The notes below the pieces were generated by a model. The model was not told the DNA's origin. It made no database searches and worked only from the letters and a program-made list of their open reading frames with translations. Shown piece after piece: positions 32,501 to 48,825 of a stretch of 64,000 nucleotides of DNA; within the stretch, counting starts at the first letter, position 1, and every line of letters starts with the position of its first letter. Location: the NCBI RefSeq assembly GCF_009914755.1, contig NC_060925.1; one strand, given 5' to 3'. The position numbers and the translations under genes were made by a program. This DNA comes from the human T2T-CHM13v2.0 reference genome, Homo sapiens.

Positions 32501-33159
32501 AAAACTATCTATGCATAAAACTAACTATGTATAAAAACCTACGTCAGGAAGAAAAGTTCCAATAGACAAGAGATTACTCCCACAAAAAAAGCGAGACTCA
32601 GCAAAGACCAGACCCACCAAAGTGACAAATTCAGCCAGTAGTGAGGACAGAAGCAGTATACTGAAGGCTCATATAACCCAGCGTAATGAAAGGGAAGCTA
32701 TATTGTAACTAAAAGTATGTTTCCTCAAATTTAAAAGTAAACATTATACAGTTATTGCAGATTAAACATATAATCATGGAAACATCATTTTAGAAAAACT
32801 GTATCTGCAGAATGACAATCCCTGAATCTCATCTGATTAGGCACAGTAAAGTGGTATTGCACATCACAGGCTGGAGGAAAACACAGCCGTCTGGACTACC
32901 ATCACTGTGAATTCACGATCGCAACCTCAAGGGCGTGCTCAGCAAGCCCAGCAATCCTACAGCACTGCCTCAGAGCACTCACAAAGCCTCTTTCCCAGAC
33001 AGATGCTTATACCCTGTCCTCACACTGCCAACACTTCCATCCCCACCCTCACTCTATCTCCTCTTTCCTTAAAAAAAAAACAGAATAAATTAGAAAAGAA
33101 CTTCTACGACCTCCTATATCCACCCACCTACCTGCACCTACCTCTCTCTATCAGTGCTC

Positions 33160-33179
33160 CTTCTAGAACCTTCTAGAAC
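33160..33179. promoter_or_regulatory. Perfect 4-unit heat-shock element motif (cTTCt aGAAc cTTCt aGAAc)
   Basis: Exact match to alternating nGAAn pentamers. Motif only; binding is not shown. Confidence 0.5.
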
Positions 33180-35178
33180 CACTTGTGCCCTGGATTCCAT
33201 ACACTCTCACCTATGCTTGGATGCCAGTCAGCAAACACCACCCCTTTATGTCTTCAAACCTTCCCTCAATGAAATCATTTCCATCAGCACATAAACATGG
33301 TTATATTCACCTCTTAAGGAAACAAAAACAACTTCTCGTTCCTCACCACCAACGGCCCCATTTCTCTGCTGCTCTACATAAAAAACTTGCTATTTTACTC
33401 ACTATTTTCATTTCTCTCTGAGTGGCCCCCACTACTGCCCCAAATTGCTTCCGTTGAGGTCGCCGCTGATTTCCATGTTGCTAAATTGGATGGTCAATTC
33501 CCAGTCCTTCTGTTAGGGCATCAACAGCCTCTGGTGTGGGATCCCACCCTCCTCCCGGAAACACGTTCTTCGCTGGCTTCCTGGTTTTCCTCTTCTCTGG
33601 CTATAAATTCCCCTAGGTACCCTCTGCTGTTCCTCTTCACCTCACTAACCTCTGGACATTGAAGTCCCCAAGGTACTTGGACCCCTTCTCTGTCTACACT
33701 TGCTCCCCTAACATTCTCATTCAGACTCATGACTTTAAATACCACCTGTATGTTAATGGCTCCCAAATTTCTATCTCTAACTCATACTTGATAAGAGGGC
33801 AGATCTTAGGTTAAGTCTTCTTATTACAAATAGTAATAATAATAGGAGAGGGAGGAAACTTTGGGAGGTGAAGGATACGTCTATGGCCTTGATGGTGGTG
33901 ATGGTTTCAGGGGTGTATACCTATCCCCAAACTCATCAAGTTGCATACATTAAATATGTAAAGCCTTTTAACATGTCAATTATACCTCAATAAAGTAGTT
34001 AAAAAAATATCTTCTTGAGGAATATCTATATATGCGCTAAAAATCCTTTTCTAAAATTCATGGACGTAATAAAATTCAAAATAGGAAGACAAAGAGTTAA
34101 CAGGAGGGCACTAAACAGGTAAATTCGTTCTTAGGTTGCATGTGAGCACACAGGTGTTTAATTACTTTGCATCCTTTTATATATAGGATATATATAACTT
34201 TTATATAACTTACATATCACACATTCTTTTGTTTGTATCCAAAATTATGGCAATTTTTCAAGAGCACATGTGACCCAGTTCTACACTGAAAGCACTGAGC
34301 ATAGGAGTAAATAGTCAGGACAGCGCCAATGAATTCAAATGTATGCCCTTAAGGAGTTGAAAGTCTTATAAAAAGTTACTGTATTTTCATAGCATTTGGT
34401 TCTGCTACTATCATTATAAAAAAATATTTTTTATATTTCATAAGCATATATGAAAATATAATCGTATCAATTTTATTCTCAGGTTCAACCTAATACTAAT
34501 GCTCCTCTAGAATTTTTAAACAGGAAATTTCTAAAACTGCAAATGAGACTGGTCAGGAAGGACTGGGAGGTTCACCTGTCACTACTCTCATCTCTGATGT
34601 CTACGGGTTTTCAACTGCTGTTTTACATACCTTAGTTTAAGGAGAGAAGAAAGAGCTCAATGCTTCTACTATTATCACTAACTTTCTCTGTGAAGTATTT
34701 TCTACTTAAAAGGTACTCGGAGATGAACATATTTAAAAACAAGTAATTATAAAATTACTGCCATTCTCATGCTTTAGCAGAGTGGCAAACAGAAATGGAT
34801 CCTGCTTAAACATATACAAGACAGTGATCATTTTAAATGGTCTAGAAATCAATAAGCATGCATAAATATTTTTAAAAAGCAAATGAAATTACATTATAGT
34901 AACCAACACACGGAAACCACTAGAATGTCAACTCACGAGAACAGATGGTTGCTCCTTCACCACTGTATCCCCAGCACCACTGGGAGATACTCAATAAATA
35001 TTTTTCTTAAATTATATAATTTCTTAATATATAATTATATAATTTCTTAAATATATATAATTTCTAAATTATATAAAAAGTTTTCTCTTTGTTTTAAAAA
35101 GACGGAAGTTTCCTCTCTAGAACTCTAAATACCAATGCTATATCAAGCAAGATACCAAGAGAAACAACTTATCCTCAC

Positions 35179-35351
35179 CATCTTGGGCACTGGAACCTTT
35201 CAACCTGCATGTGTTCAACAGCTTCAACAGCAGCTGGAGGCATCTGTCAGTCTTCAGCAAGGGCATGTAGGCATTGGTACTAAACTTCATAAGCACATCC
35301 AGAAGAGGGTCTAAGAATATCCGCAATACATTCTCTGTTCTCTGCTTTCCG
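35179..35351 (-). CDS. TARBP1: TARBP1 exon 12 (173 nt; [16 protein letters not shown]...KGSSAQD)
   Basis: Acceptor tgtctag|CG, donor ATG|gtgagg; overlaps ORF 35138..35413. Confidence 0.95.
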
Positions 35352-35765
35352 CTAGACATTAAAAGACATGCCAAAATCAACCATTTCAAAAGCATAAGCA
35401 AATTGCTTCCCACCTATAATTGGGTGAAAACTGGTTAGCTAATGGATCCAATTAGACAAAGTTACTCTCATGAAAGACCCAGACAACCAGCAGCTATGAG
35501 GACTCATCTTCTGGTCCGTGCTTTCCCGTGAGGGTGGCGACTCACTAAAGAAGGCACAGGGAAGAACCACTGTCTTCAATGCCAGGCACCAGCAGGAAGG
35601 AAATCCTATACCCAATTAATGTGTAAATTAAATTAATGACACCCTGCTTCCATAATACAAAAATATAAAACCAAAACAAACATAAGCTAGTCAAGGAACT
35701 AGAACATGTTTTTAAAAATCCAAAAAAAAAAAAAAAAAACCTAAGGATTTATTAAAAACTGTTAA

Positions 35766-35985
<220 letters not shown>

Positions 35986-36334
35986 ATAACCAACTTCGGT
36001 ACAAAATCTTTGTCTAGAAAAGAGATTTGATGTAAATCAAATTAACTGTATGTCACGCAAATATCCTACCTGATCTACCTAATGATGCTGCTTATTGCAA
36101 AACAATAATCAAGTGAAAACTGACCTGCTTCCATTCTCACAAAATATAAATGAGTGTTTTATCTTTATTACCGTTTTTTTAATTATGTATTTTACAAAGG
36201 AGTCAAATCCAGTAAATCTCTTTACCTAAACTTATACTGGAATCTTGCAATCTATTTCTAATATTCTGATATAAAACCAGTGACTATTGTATATGGTTTT
36301 TTAATCTTCTCTAATTTAACATTAAATGTTTTTC

Positions 36335-36614
36335 AGATGAAGTCTCACTTTGTGGTCCAGGCTGGAGTGCAATGGTGCAATCGTGGCTCACTGCAACCTC
36401 CGCCACCCAGTTCAAGTGATCTTCCCGCCTTAGCCTCTCTAGTAGTTGAGACTACAGACGTGCACCACCACGCCCGGCTGATTTTTGTATTTTTAGTAGA
36501 GACAGGGTTTCACCATGTTGGCCAGTCTGGCCTCAAACTCCTGACCTCAGGTGATCTGCCTGCCTTGGCCTCCCAAAGTGCTGGGATTACAGGCATGAGC
36601 TACTGTGCCTGGCC
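36335..36614 (-). mobile_element. AluS
   Basis: Reverse-complement Alu. Confidence 0.92.
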
Positions 36615-36855
36615 ATCTAATTAACATTAAATTGTTAAGTTTAACATTTAATTTACCAATTTAAAAGCACTAATATGCCCCTATTCCTATTTGTTATTAA
36701 CTTTAAACATTTCTTCAGTATACTGTTAATGTTCTAGTACCTTCCTTGACACCTTGTGGTCAACTAAGTTCAATCATTCAAAAATCTGAATACACATCAT
36801 AATTCTCATCAGGATTTTTCAAATAGGCTTTCTTTTCAATTACAGAAACAATTAC

Positions 36856-36955
36856 CTATACTGAGTCTTCATTCCTTCCACATCCACAGCCAGCAAGACC
36901 ATCAGAGAAACAAGCTTGGCTTCAAACCAATCAGGCATAAAGCAGTTTTCTCCTG
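36856..36955 (-). CDS. TARBP1: TARBP1 exon 11 (100 nt; [33 protein letters not shown])
   Basis: Acceptor tttaag|CAG (tandem acceptor, see findings), donor TAG|gtaatt. The start at 36955 rests on the recalled reference protein (WETGENC). Confidence 0.9.
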
Positions 36956-38803
36956 CTTAAATAACAACAGTTAAGGTTTGCAAAGCATTAACAAAATCCT
37001 TCAAGGATGATGCTTCAAAAAAACCCACTAAATGATTATGCCTTATTAATATTAAATTATGAGAGAAATACAACCGAGATGAACTACAGCAGAACACCCT
37101 AGAGCATGGCTCATTATTATACATATCTATTTCAACAGGAACAAAAAAGAAATTTGTGTGCCTGCTACATGCCATGCAATTACCTGGGTGCTGCAGACCC
37201 AGTGTTTCCTGTGCTCATGGAATTTAGAGTACAGGAGAAAAGCATTATCAAAGAATACATAGAAAAATGCAATTATAGTGAGGGCTACGAATGAGAAGTA
37301 CATGGTGCTAGTGGAGTCTACACTAGGAAGACATGCCCTCATCCAGAGAGTAAGAGGAAGTTTCCCTGAAGAAATGACAATTGGGCTGAGTGTGACGACT
37401 CAAGAGGAAAGATGAAGGGACACGAGAACTTTCTAGACAGAAGGAAGAGCACATCAAAGGTCTTCTAGCAGAAGAAGGCATACCATATTCCAGAAAATAG
37501 GAGGATGCTCATGTGTGCACTAAGTGACAGGGAGCAGCAAAAACTGAAGTGGCATAAACAGGCAGGGGAGAGACCAGGAAACCTTGCAGGCCATGCAGAG
37601 GACCTTTGTCTCTGCCCTAAAGGCAATAGGAAGCCACTGAAGGTTAAAGGGAATATATACAAAGAAGTGGAGGAAAAATGTCTAAAATCAAAATTTATAT
37701 TTTGAAAAGATTTATCTAGGTACCATGTGGAAAAGATATTGTAGATGAAGCAAGAGTAGATGCAAGGTAACTCCGTAAGAGGCAATTCTAGTATTTCAGC
37801 TGAGATGAGTGTTCCCTAAAATGTGACCAGAAATGAGATTAAATGAATGAAGCCACAAAGGCCATGGTCTCTCAGACCTCTATCTGACCTCCCAGTTTAT
37901 GTCTACTTTAATAGAGACTAACATATTTACTTCAAATAATCTTCCAATGTAACAGCATAAGACATTTACTAGACACAGACAGACCAAAAAAGACTAAAAA
38001 TACAAAAGAGAAATGTTCCAAGAAGAATAAACTCATGCATTTTGGAAGGATAATTATCTGATCATTTAAGACCTATTCCATGGTCAGATTAAAGAAATCA
38101 GGAGATGAAAATGACTTTGTGTGAGACAAAGCTAGGAAATTTAAGACATGTTAAATTCGAAGATGCAATTTTCCTAAATTATCACCAATGACTTTAATGA
38201 AAAGGAAGCATTAGGAATGTAAAAAGAATCCTAATTAATGAATCTGTTAAGAGTGCTTCTCTAATGTTGTCTTATATATTTCCTCAAAGAAAGGATCTTT
38301 GTAAAATTGATGTTGCAAAGTATCTGCTGAAAAAGAAACTAACAAAACTATCCTTTTAAACACAGCCTTTGTTTAAAATTGTTTTTCATAATCAGTTCAT
38401 ACTAAACGTGCTTTAAAAATGAAAAAGATAAACACGTATTTCCAATGCATATATTTCCACTACAGAGGCTCCAAAACCATATCTGCAGTATCTAGTTCAC
38501 AAGGACCCAGTAATTGCAGAATAAATAAATGACTTTGCATCCACTTCTTAACTCTGGCAACTTATTAGTTTCCTTAAACATAAAATAATTTAGAATCTCA
38601 AGTCTCAGAACAGATAAAGTATTAATACAAGTTAGGAGACAGTATCTTTACTTTTTTTTCACATTATTTTACTGAAATACAAGTTTGGCATCAATAAATC
38701 ATCATATATTTCGTAAAGCCTAACTCTCAGTCTGAAAAACTAGTTAAAAGTTCTTTGAAAATATTTTGGTTATATCAATCCATAAAAATGATTGCAGACT
38801 TAC

Positions 38804-38942
38804 TTTCCCAAGCAGATGACTTAACATACTCTTGAACAATGCTCTTTACATAAGCATTTAAAGATGTCTTGTGAAGTCCAATGGAGCTACACGTAGGGGA
38901 TGGCTTAAAATAGCTTTCATTAACACGTAGCCAGTCACACAG
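38804..38942 (-). CDS. TARBP1: TARBP1 exon 10 (139 nt; [18 protein letters not shown]...KSSAWE)
   Basis: Acceptor ttttccag|CT, donor AAA|gtaagt. Confidence 0.95.
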
Positions 38943-39119
38943 CTGGAAAAGAAAACAGTTATTACTTTATTTTAAAAACCTAACCAAACAAAGGATTTCT
39001 AATCTCCTTAAGCCACGTTTCTTTCTTTCACGATAAACCAAATTTAAATAATCGAATACAAAGTAATAAACCATTTACTATCATACTTGAGTTCCACAGA
39101 CAGTAAAAACAAAAAAACT

Positions 39120-39209
39120 ATGTGTATATATATTTATGTATGCGTATATGTATGTGTGATATATATATGTGAGATATATATATATATACACATATGTGTG
39201 TGTGTGTGT
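39120..39209. repeat. (TA/TG)n low-complexity repeat
   Basis: Directly visible. Confidence 0.9.
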
Positions 39210-39841
39210 TTTCTAATCTCCTTCAAAGAATGTATAAACTTCATTAACAGGCAAGAATTTCTAATGTACCTTATATAAAATGTACACTTTAATGAGGTAA
39301 AGATCTCTATAAAAAATAACGCATTACATAAAACAACTTACAACCTTCAACTAAAACTTCTTCCAGCTTCACATGCTAAAACAAGAAGTTTTATCTTTGA
39401 GAGAATGTAGAATTTGAAATTTAAGTTATAATCAAAGTTCCTACCCTCCTCACAAGTTTATTTTCTATCATACGTGCATATTAAAATACTGCATATTAAT
39501 TTAAAAGAGAAACACTGTCCGAGGCCTTCTCCATTACATCTCTTAGAAGGTTTGCAAATAAAAGTCACATAATTTCACAACTCATCTTTGGTCACGTATA
39601 ATGGTGAAACTTTTGTTTTAAAATCTAAATATGTTCTTAATTTCCTTTTTATAATATCTGTCTTAATAAGCAAATTCAATAACTGAGTTTAAATATGAAG
39701 AAAATAATTATGAAATGAGTCTTTCTAAAAAGTAAGCATTTTTGAAAAATTATTTTTTGTGTCCATTAGGGTTACCCAAAGTTTACTATAAGGAGGCAAA
39801 GGAAGAATACATCACCTGACCAAAGATAAAACTGATGAATG

Positions 39842-40391
<550 letters not shown>

Positions 40392-40669
40392 TTATTGCTA
40401 CAAAATACGTGAGGCTTTTCGAATCTTGTATTTCCACAGGCATGATTCTGCTGTATCAAAATTATTTTTGACAACTAAACTCTAATTCATATTTGATTTT
40501 TTTCTTTCCCTCTATCAAATCTGTCACAAAATTCAGAATATTTTCCCTTCAAAGACTTTTCATGTCAGACTTATGGTTTAAAATGACATCTAAATGGCAG
40601 TCTCTGGGTAGGCAGGTTCCCTTGATTCCCCATTACAATACAAGTCTCAAAAATCTATTTGGACACATA

Positions 40670-41960
<1,291 letters not shown>

Positions 41961-43176
41961 AAAACTATTTAGGGTGAGCTACATGAAAATGCCATTTCTA
42001 TAGGTTTAAAATTACTGAATATCAATGATTTTACATGACTTAACATAACTAGATAATTAGATAATAATGAGAACACTACATAACAAAAGTTATAGGATAC
42101 AGTCAAATTTACACTAAAATATATATATACATACATGTAAGTGCTTTCAAACAAAAAAAGAATTGAAATCTGGATTCAGCTATAAACCACCAACTTTATA
42201 AGCCTCCTGAGGGTAGTCAACATGTTTCTCTCACTGACCACTGTATTACCAACACTCAGCACAGTGCCTGGCCTGTGGGAGATGTGCAATACATAGTTCT
42301 CAACAAATGACTCCAGGACATTAGGAGACAGGCAAAACAAACGAAAGGAGAGTCAGAGATGAAAACAGACACTGATGCATTACAGAACCGAAAAATTAAG
42401 GGGAACAGATGAAGAAATCTAAGAGCTGGCTCCTTAAAAACAAATAATACAACAGGCAAATGTCTCACTCCTTAAACCAGGGCGAAAAGACATTAGTAAT
42501 ATTAGATATTTACATTAAATATGGGCTAACCGTAGCCTAAAGCTTTTTTACATGAATTTTCTCTTTTAAACCTCACAACTCATACAACAAAATAAATTCC
42601 AGCTGGAATAGAGTCCACAATTTTAAAGCTATGCCTACTAGCTGCAGTGAATAGGCCTTATTTGAATACCTGAACAAACAAAATTGGACATCTGACCAAA
42701 CAGAAAGAAAATAAATTTTAAAAACATTTCTTAGTTTTTTTAGGTGTGATAAAGGCTTATTTTTTAAGCCCTTTAAACTCCTTATCTTTTAGCAGTACAT
42801 ATTCAAAAATTTTTAGATGAAAAATAAGATTTGATAGGATTTGATTCAAAATAATTGGGACAGGAAGGGAGAGTAGGAGGTCCAGGTCAAAGAAGACCGG
42901 CCATGAGCAGCAATGGTAGATGATGGGTGATGGGTACATGAGAGTTCATTATACTCTTCTAAGAATTTTTAAAATTTTCATAAGTAAAAAGCTACCAGGA
43001 AAAAACTAAACAAAATCAAAAATCAAAATGAAACTGAAAAGATGCCTGAACTTACAAATTATAAGAGAATGATTAATTAAAATTATACTGAAATGCCCTT
43101 TCCCATCCTTCAGACTGGTAAAAAATCCTGCTTCACAACAGGCACTATCATACCCTGTGAAACTCCTGCAACCCTA

Positions 43177-43649
43177 TGGTAGGCCCAAAGATACCGAGGT
43201 CCTAATCCCGGAACCTGTGAATGTTACCTTATGCAGCAAAAGGAGCTTTGCAGATTTAAGTATTCTCAGATGGGGACATTATGCTGGATTATTTGAGGGG
43301 GCCCAATGTAATCCTAAGTGTCCTCATAAAAGGAAGGCAGAGGCAGATTTGGCCACAGAAACAGAAGAGAAGAATGTGATATGAAGACGAAGCAGAGATC
43401 TCGAAATGCCAGGCTGCTGGTTTTGAAGATGGAGAAAGGACCATGAGCCGAGAAATGCAAGCAATACAGCTCCAGAAGATGAGGAAGTGGACTCGCCCCT
43501 ACAAGGAAGCACAAGCCAGCCAGAATCTTAATTGCAGACGAGTGAAACGGATTCCAGACTTCTGGCCTCCAGAACTGTAAGGGAATAAATGTATGTTATT
43601 TTAAGCCACCAATCTGGTGGTAATTTATTACAGCAACCATAGGAAACTA
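43177..43649 (+). mobile_element. MLT1C/D-type LTR
   Basis: cctaatcccggaacctgtgaatgttacctta...ttctggcctccagaactgtaag...cagcaaccataggaaacta. Confidence 0.8.
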
Positions 43650-44575
43650 TGGAGGGAAACTGGGCAATCCCCAGAAAGATTACACAGGCACCCAACCTCT
43701 GACCAGCAATCCCAATTCTAGGACTCCATTCTGCAGATGTACCCGCAGACTATTCATTTATTGTGGCATTGTCTGTAAAAGCCACAAGACTGGACAACTC
43801 AACAGTTCGGCAATGGGGGAAATTGAATAAACAATGGTACAACCACCAGATGGAATACTATGCAAGCTTTACTTTACAAAATACTATGCAAGCTTTACTT
43901 TACAAAAAAAGACTAAGAAGGGTCTTTGCCTACTGAGATAAAGAAATCACTATGAATATACATTTTAATGAAAACTTGCAAGGTAGTAAGCAGAGTCTAT
44001 ATCAAAAACACCTTTGTTTGGGGATGGGGTGGAGTACGATAAGGATCAAGGCAAGATAGAAGAGCAAAACAGAAATAAGACACTTCTGACCAATAGTTTT
44101 AATCTTCAAATCACGTAAATTCATTACCCATTCAGCAAGCAAAGCTAAATTTTTTAAAAAGGAACTAAAAAAAAATTATTTGCAGTAGGTATAACAACTT
44201 GTCAATACCCTCAATATAAAAAGAGCACTTACAAATCAAGTAAAAAAGAAAAAAAAACCACTAAAATCCCAAAACAAAATGGGGAAAGGACAATAATAGA
44301 CAATTCACAAAAGAAATACTACAAAGACATGAAAAAATGTTTTAAAAAACAGTGATCAGAGTAATGCAAATAAAGTCACCAAATGCTATGTTTTATCTAC
44401 CAAAGTGGCAAAGAATTTAACATGCTGATACATTTGGTATTGTATCACTGTAGATAAAGTGGATGTCCACTGTCATACTTTGAAACCTCTCTCAATCTGT
44501 ATCAGGAACCTTAAAATTATTGAAATACAGCAAATTCAATTTTATGAATTTATCCTAAAAAACAGGTATAAATAA

Positions 44576-44951
<376 letters not shown>

Positions 44952-46065
44952 TGATACAATCAACTGCATTTTTACTACATCTTGAAAAATTACTTAGCAA
45001 CATGCTAAAATGCTCATATATATGTGAATACAAAAAAATAAAATTTAAAACAGTTTAATCTATATTTAGAGAGATCATATGTATTATTTTAAATACACAT
45101 ATACTTATCTATAATGAGAAGGCAAGTAAGAGAATACGTATATTCATAGGGAAAAAGAACTAAAAACTAAACCAAAAAATATGAATTTAGTTTGACGGTA
45201 GGCATTACAGATTATTTTTATTTTCTTTATATGGTTCTATATTTTTCAAATTCCACAAAATTAGATGCATTGTGATCAAGAAAATAAAACAAAATTCTAT
45301 TTTTTAAAGGCCACAATTTGCCCCTTCTTCATTTCTCAAAAACTATATAACCCAGAGGGGACAAAGATCAGAACTCAGCCACATAAATAACAAATAAGCA
45401 CTGAAGTCAGTTGTATAAACTAAACCCCGTGGTTTACAAAAAGAGGGAGGAGGCTGGCCCTGAAGAGTCCTGAGGAAAAGGGTGGCACAGTAAGAGGTCT
45501 GGAGGCCAGGGACGTGACATCAACAAGACATCATCACAAGGGAAGAAGCTTCACATGAGGAGGGTCTGAGCTAGAGCCACAGAGCGGCATGGAGAAGAGG
45601 AAAGATGTTTATGAGACAGGAGGGTTTCATGATGAATTGGATGCAGAAAGTCAGGACAAACTCAGAATTACCAAAACATAAGGACTGGACAACTGGGTGG
45701 AGGAAGGGGCCATTCAATGACAGAAAAAAGAGAAAGAGGAGTTTGTGTCACTTACTGTGTTTGAGTCTAACATCGCCATTATTCCTAATGCATCTCATCC
45801 AGAGTTGAGATCTGCCCACTAGCAATATCTTTTCTTCTAAATAGGTCTATCTGTACTGCAAACATTTTCCTCTCTCCCACCTCTCCATAAGCATCTTAGC
45901 AGAATTAGTTAAGTCCACTCAAAGCAAATATACAATATTTCAAAGTCTCTGCTGACAGATAACAAAGCAATCATTATATTTTATATAAATGGCTACTAAG
46001 AAATTCATTAAGAAAACCATTTTTTATAGTTTTCAAAGACTTTATTAAATTATCTTTAATCTCAC

Positions 46066-46155
46066 CTCTGTCCACAATGAAGTTCCTCGTCCTAAGGATT
46101 CCTCTTGTCTCAGAGACATGAGAAAAGTTGAGACATCAGAAAGTGACACTTTCTC
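46066..46155 (-). CDS. TARBP1: TARBP1 exon 9 (90 nt; [30 protein letters not shown])
   Basis: Acceptor cctgcccag|GA, donor GAG|gtgaga; symmetric phase 0-0. Confidence 0.95.
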
Positions 46156-46428
46156 CTGGGCAGGGCAGGAAAGGTTTTAAAAATTACTCGTATTAAAATG
46201 TTTAATTGAATAAACTAAAACCACTGTGAAGGCAATCAATTCTACTACTTAAAGTAGGTTATCATTAGCTAAATCAAAAGAAAGCAAATATCATTAGCTA
46301 AATCAAAAGAAAGCAAATAAAAAGAAAATATTATTCAACTTTTAACATAAAGATACCATGTTAACTTAAAATTGAGGTTACTATCTTAAAGACAGTCACA
46401 ATCTTAAAAAAAAAAAAACACCATTCTA

Positions 46429-46753
<325 letters not shown>

Positions 46754-46865
46754 GTGATTATTTTCAATGCCATAAAAATGAGCCCCTGACTCAGAAAACC
46801 ACCTAGGTCTTTCATTCCCTTAAGGTTGTACATCTTGAAATAAGATACCTTGGCTCTATCTAGGC

Positions 46866-47035
46866 CAGGCATTGGCAAAAACTATTCACAGCCTGTTTTG
46901 TAAATAGTTTTTTTGGAATATAGCCAACGCCTGTTTATTTAGTTCAGAAGTTGCAACACAGATCATAAAGCCAGCGGCAAAGCTTTAAAAAAGTTTGCTA
47001 CCTGGCACTGCACAGAAAGAGTTTGCTGACCCCTG
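46866..47035. mobile_element. MER58-like hAT fragment
   Basis: caggcattggcaaa...aaagagtttgctgacccctg termini. Confidence 0.6.
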
Positions 47036-47099
47036 TAGTAAGCAATATTTACTGAGGCTTTGTAAAAAGCACAGGATACACACCATATATATTCCTTGA

Positions 47100-47578
47100 A
47101 TGTCGATACAGGGGAAGATGAGGGGAAATGTAGAGAGGGAACAAGGCATACGCTCCAAGAGTCCTCTCCCAGTGGGCCACCCAGGACACACTTAGCTCCC
47201 CCAGCAACAAGCTGTGACAACACAGTGAAAGTCTGTCTACCAGGGAAGCTCAATGGAGACTCAGTGCCTCGGGCTTTTCCTGGGACGTGGTCATGCAGGC
47301 ACCTTTTGCCTCATACATACTGAAATTCCAGACTCTCAGAAAGAAAGCAGGTTTTCAGCATAAACCACATTGAACAAACACTTTAGATACAATAAGCCAC
47401 TCTTAGCAGTTAGGATAGTGTAAATCCTCCCAAAATCCAAGGTCCCAGTGCCAGCCAAGGACTATTTAGAGAGATCATATGTATTATTTTATTACAAGCA
47501 CATTTATTATTTTATTACAAGCAGGCCTTTCTAATGGCAGTATCACAGGTCTGCTATGTTAACTCATTTCTGTACACC
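47100..47578. mobile_element. MER21-family LTR carrying a foreign insertion
   Basis: gagtcctctcccagtgg...ccagggaagctca...aagcaggcctttct...ctgctatgttaactc motifs. Confidence 0.7.
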
Positions 47579-47627
47579 CACTCACTAAGAAAGACTTGTA
47601 AATGGAAGTAACAAAAGAAAAACTTAC

Positions 47628-47724
47628 CACATCTAGCAAATTCATAGCTGTTTGAAGAAGGTAGCATTGGGCTGCCCCTCTCAGGAGAATCTGATGTGTG
47701 ATCATAGTGCAATGAATAACATCC
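47628..47724 (-). CDS. TARBP1: TARBP1 exon 8 (97 nt; [33 protein letters not shown])
   Basis: Acceptor gatgtcag|GG, donor GTG|gtaagt. Confidence 0.95.
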
Positions 47725-47926
47725 CTGACATCGAAACACAAAAAATGCAGTTCCGTATTCCCAAAGACAATTCTGATAATTTGTGATTATCAACAAGTTG
47801 ATTTATAACAACTACACTTCCTAATGCAGAAAGTCTGCAGAATTTCAAAGCTGTTATTTCCCATTATGGCCTCTATTAAGAGCTCAATTTTACTATGAAA
47901 CAAGTCTCTTTTAAAAATAAGACTAT

Positions 47927-48221
<295 letters not shown>

Positions 48222-48658
48222 CTATAAATGAAGATGCTTTTAAAGAAGTTTATATTTACTGAAATACTTTTTCTTTTTTTCATCTCCTCAAAATTCCTTT
48301 TTACCAAATATTTTTTAAATACTTTCTGTTAAATATTATTGTTTGATATTTTATCTTTAGCTTTCTACTTACGAATGTAATTTTAAAAAAAACTTACTGG
48401 CCTTATTTAAAGAGGTCAAAATTCAACAGCACATACTTCAGTACACATTTAAACTAGTAATTTGTAAAACAAAATAAGTTCAACTATACGAATAATACAT
48501 TTTTTAATTTTTTTCTTATGTAAAATTAAGAGCCCAAACATCCCAATCCCAATATTAACTATATCCATTTACTGTAGATTAAAGCAGAGGAGAAAATATA
48601 TATATTGATGGAAAGTCATGGCAAATAACCATACAAGTACATATACAGAGTAAATTAC

Positions 48659-48794
48659 CTGAGAGCAAGAAGCCCATCTATACCCAGGGCCTTATGTCTT
48701 GGGACATTTGCCAAAGCCTTAGATAGAAACAAAATGGGAACAGCACACCAATGCCTACTTGTCATCTTCCGAATAAACTTCAATAGGAAGCTAC
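48659..48794 (-). CDS. TARBP1: TARBP1 exon 7 (136 nt; [20 protein letters not shown]...GLLAL)
   Basis: Acceptor tttcag|GT, donor CAG|gtaatt; overlaps ORF 48655..48837. Confidence 0.95.
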
Positions 48795-48825
48795 CTGAAA
48801 GAAAAAGTTTTAAATTATCATTGTT

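Noticed and set aside
38600-38710. Possible C/D box snoRNA (ATGATGA ... CTGA on the minus strand, intron 10)
   Set aside because: No terminal stem, very AT-rich, no recognisable rRNA or snRNA antisense element; the boxes are expected by chance.
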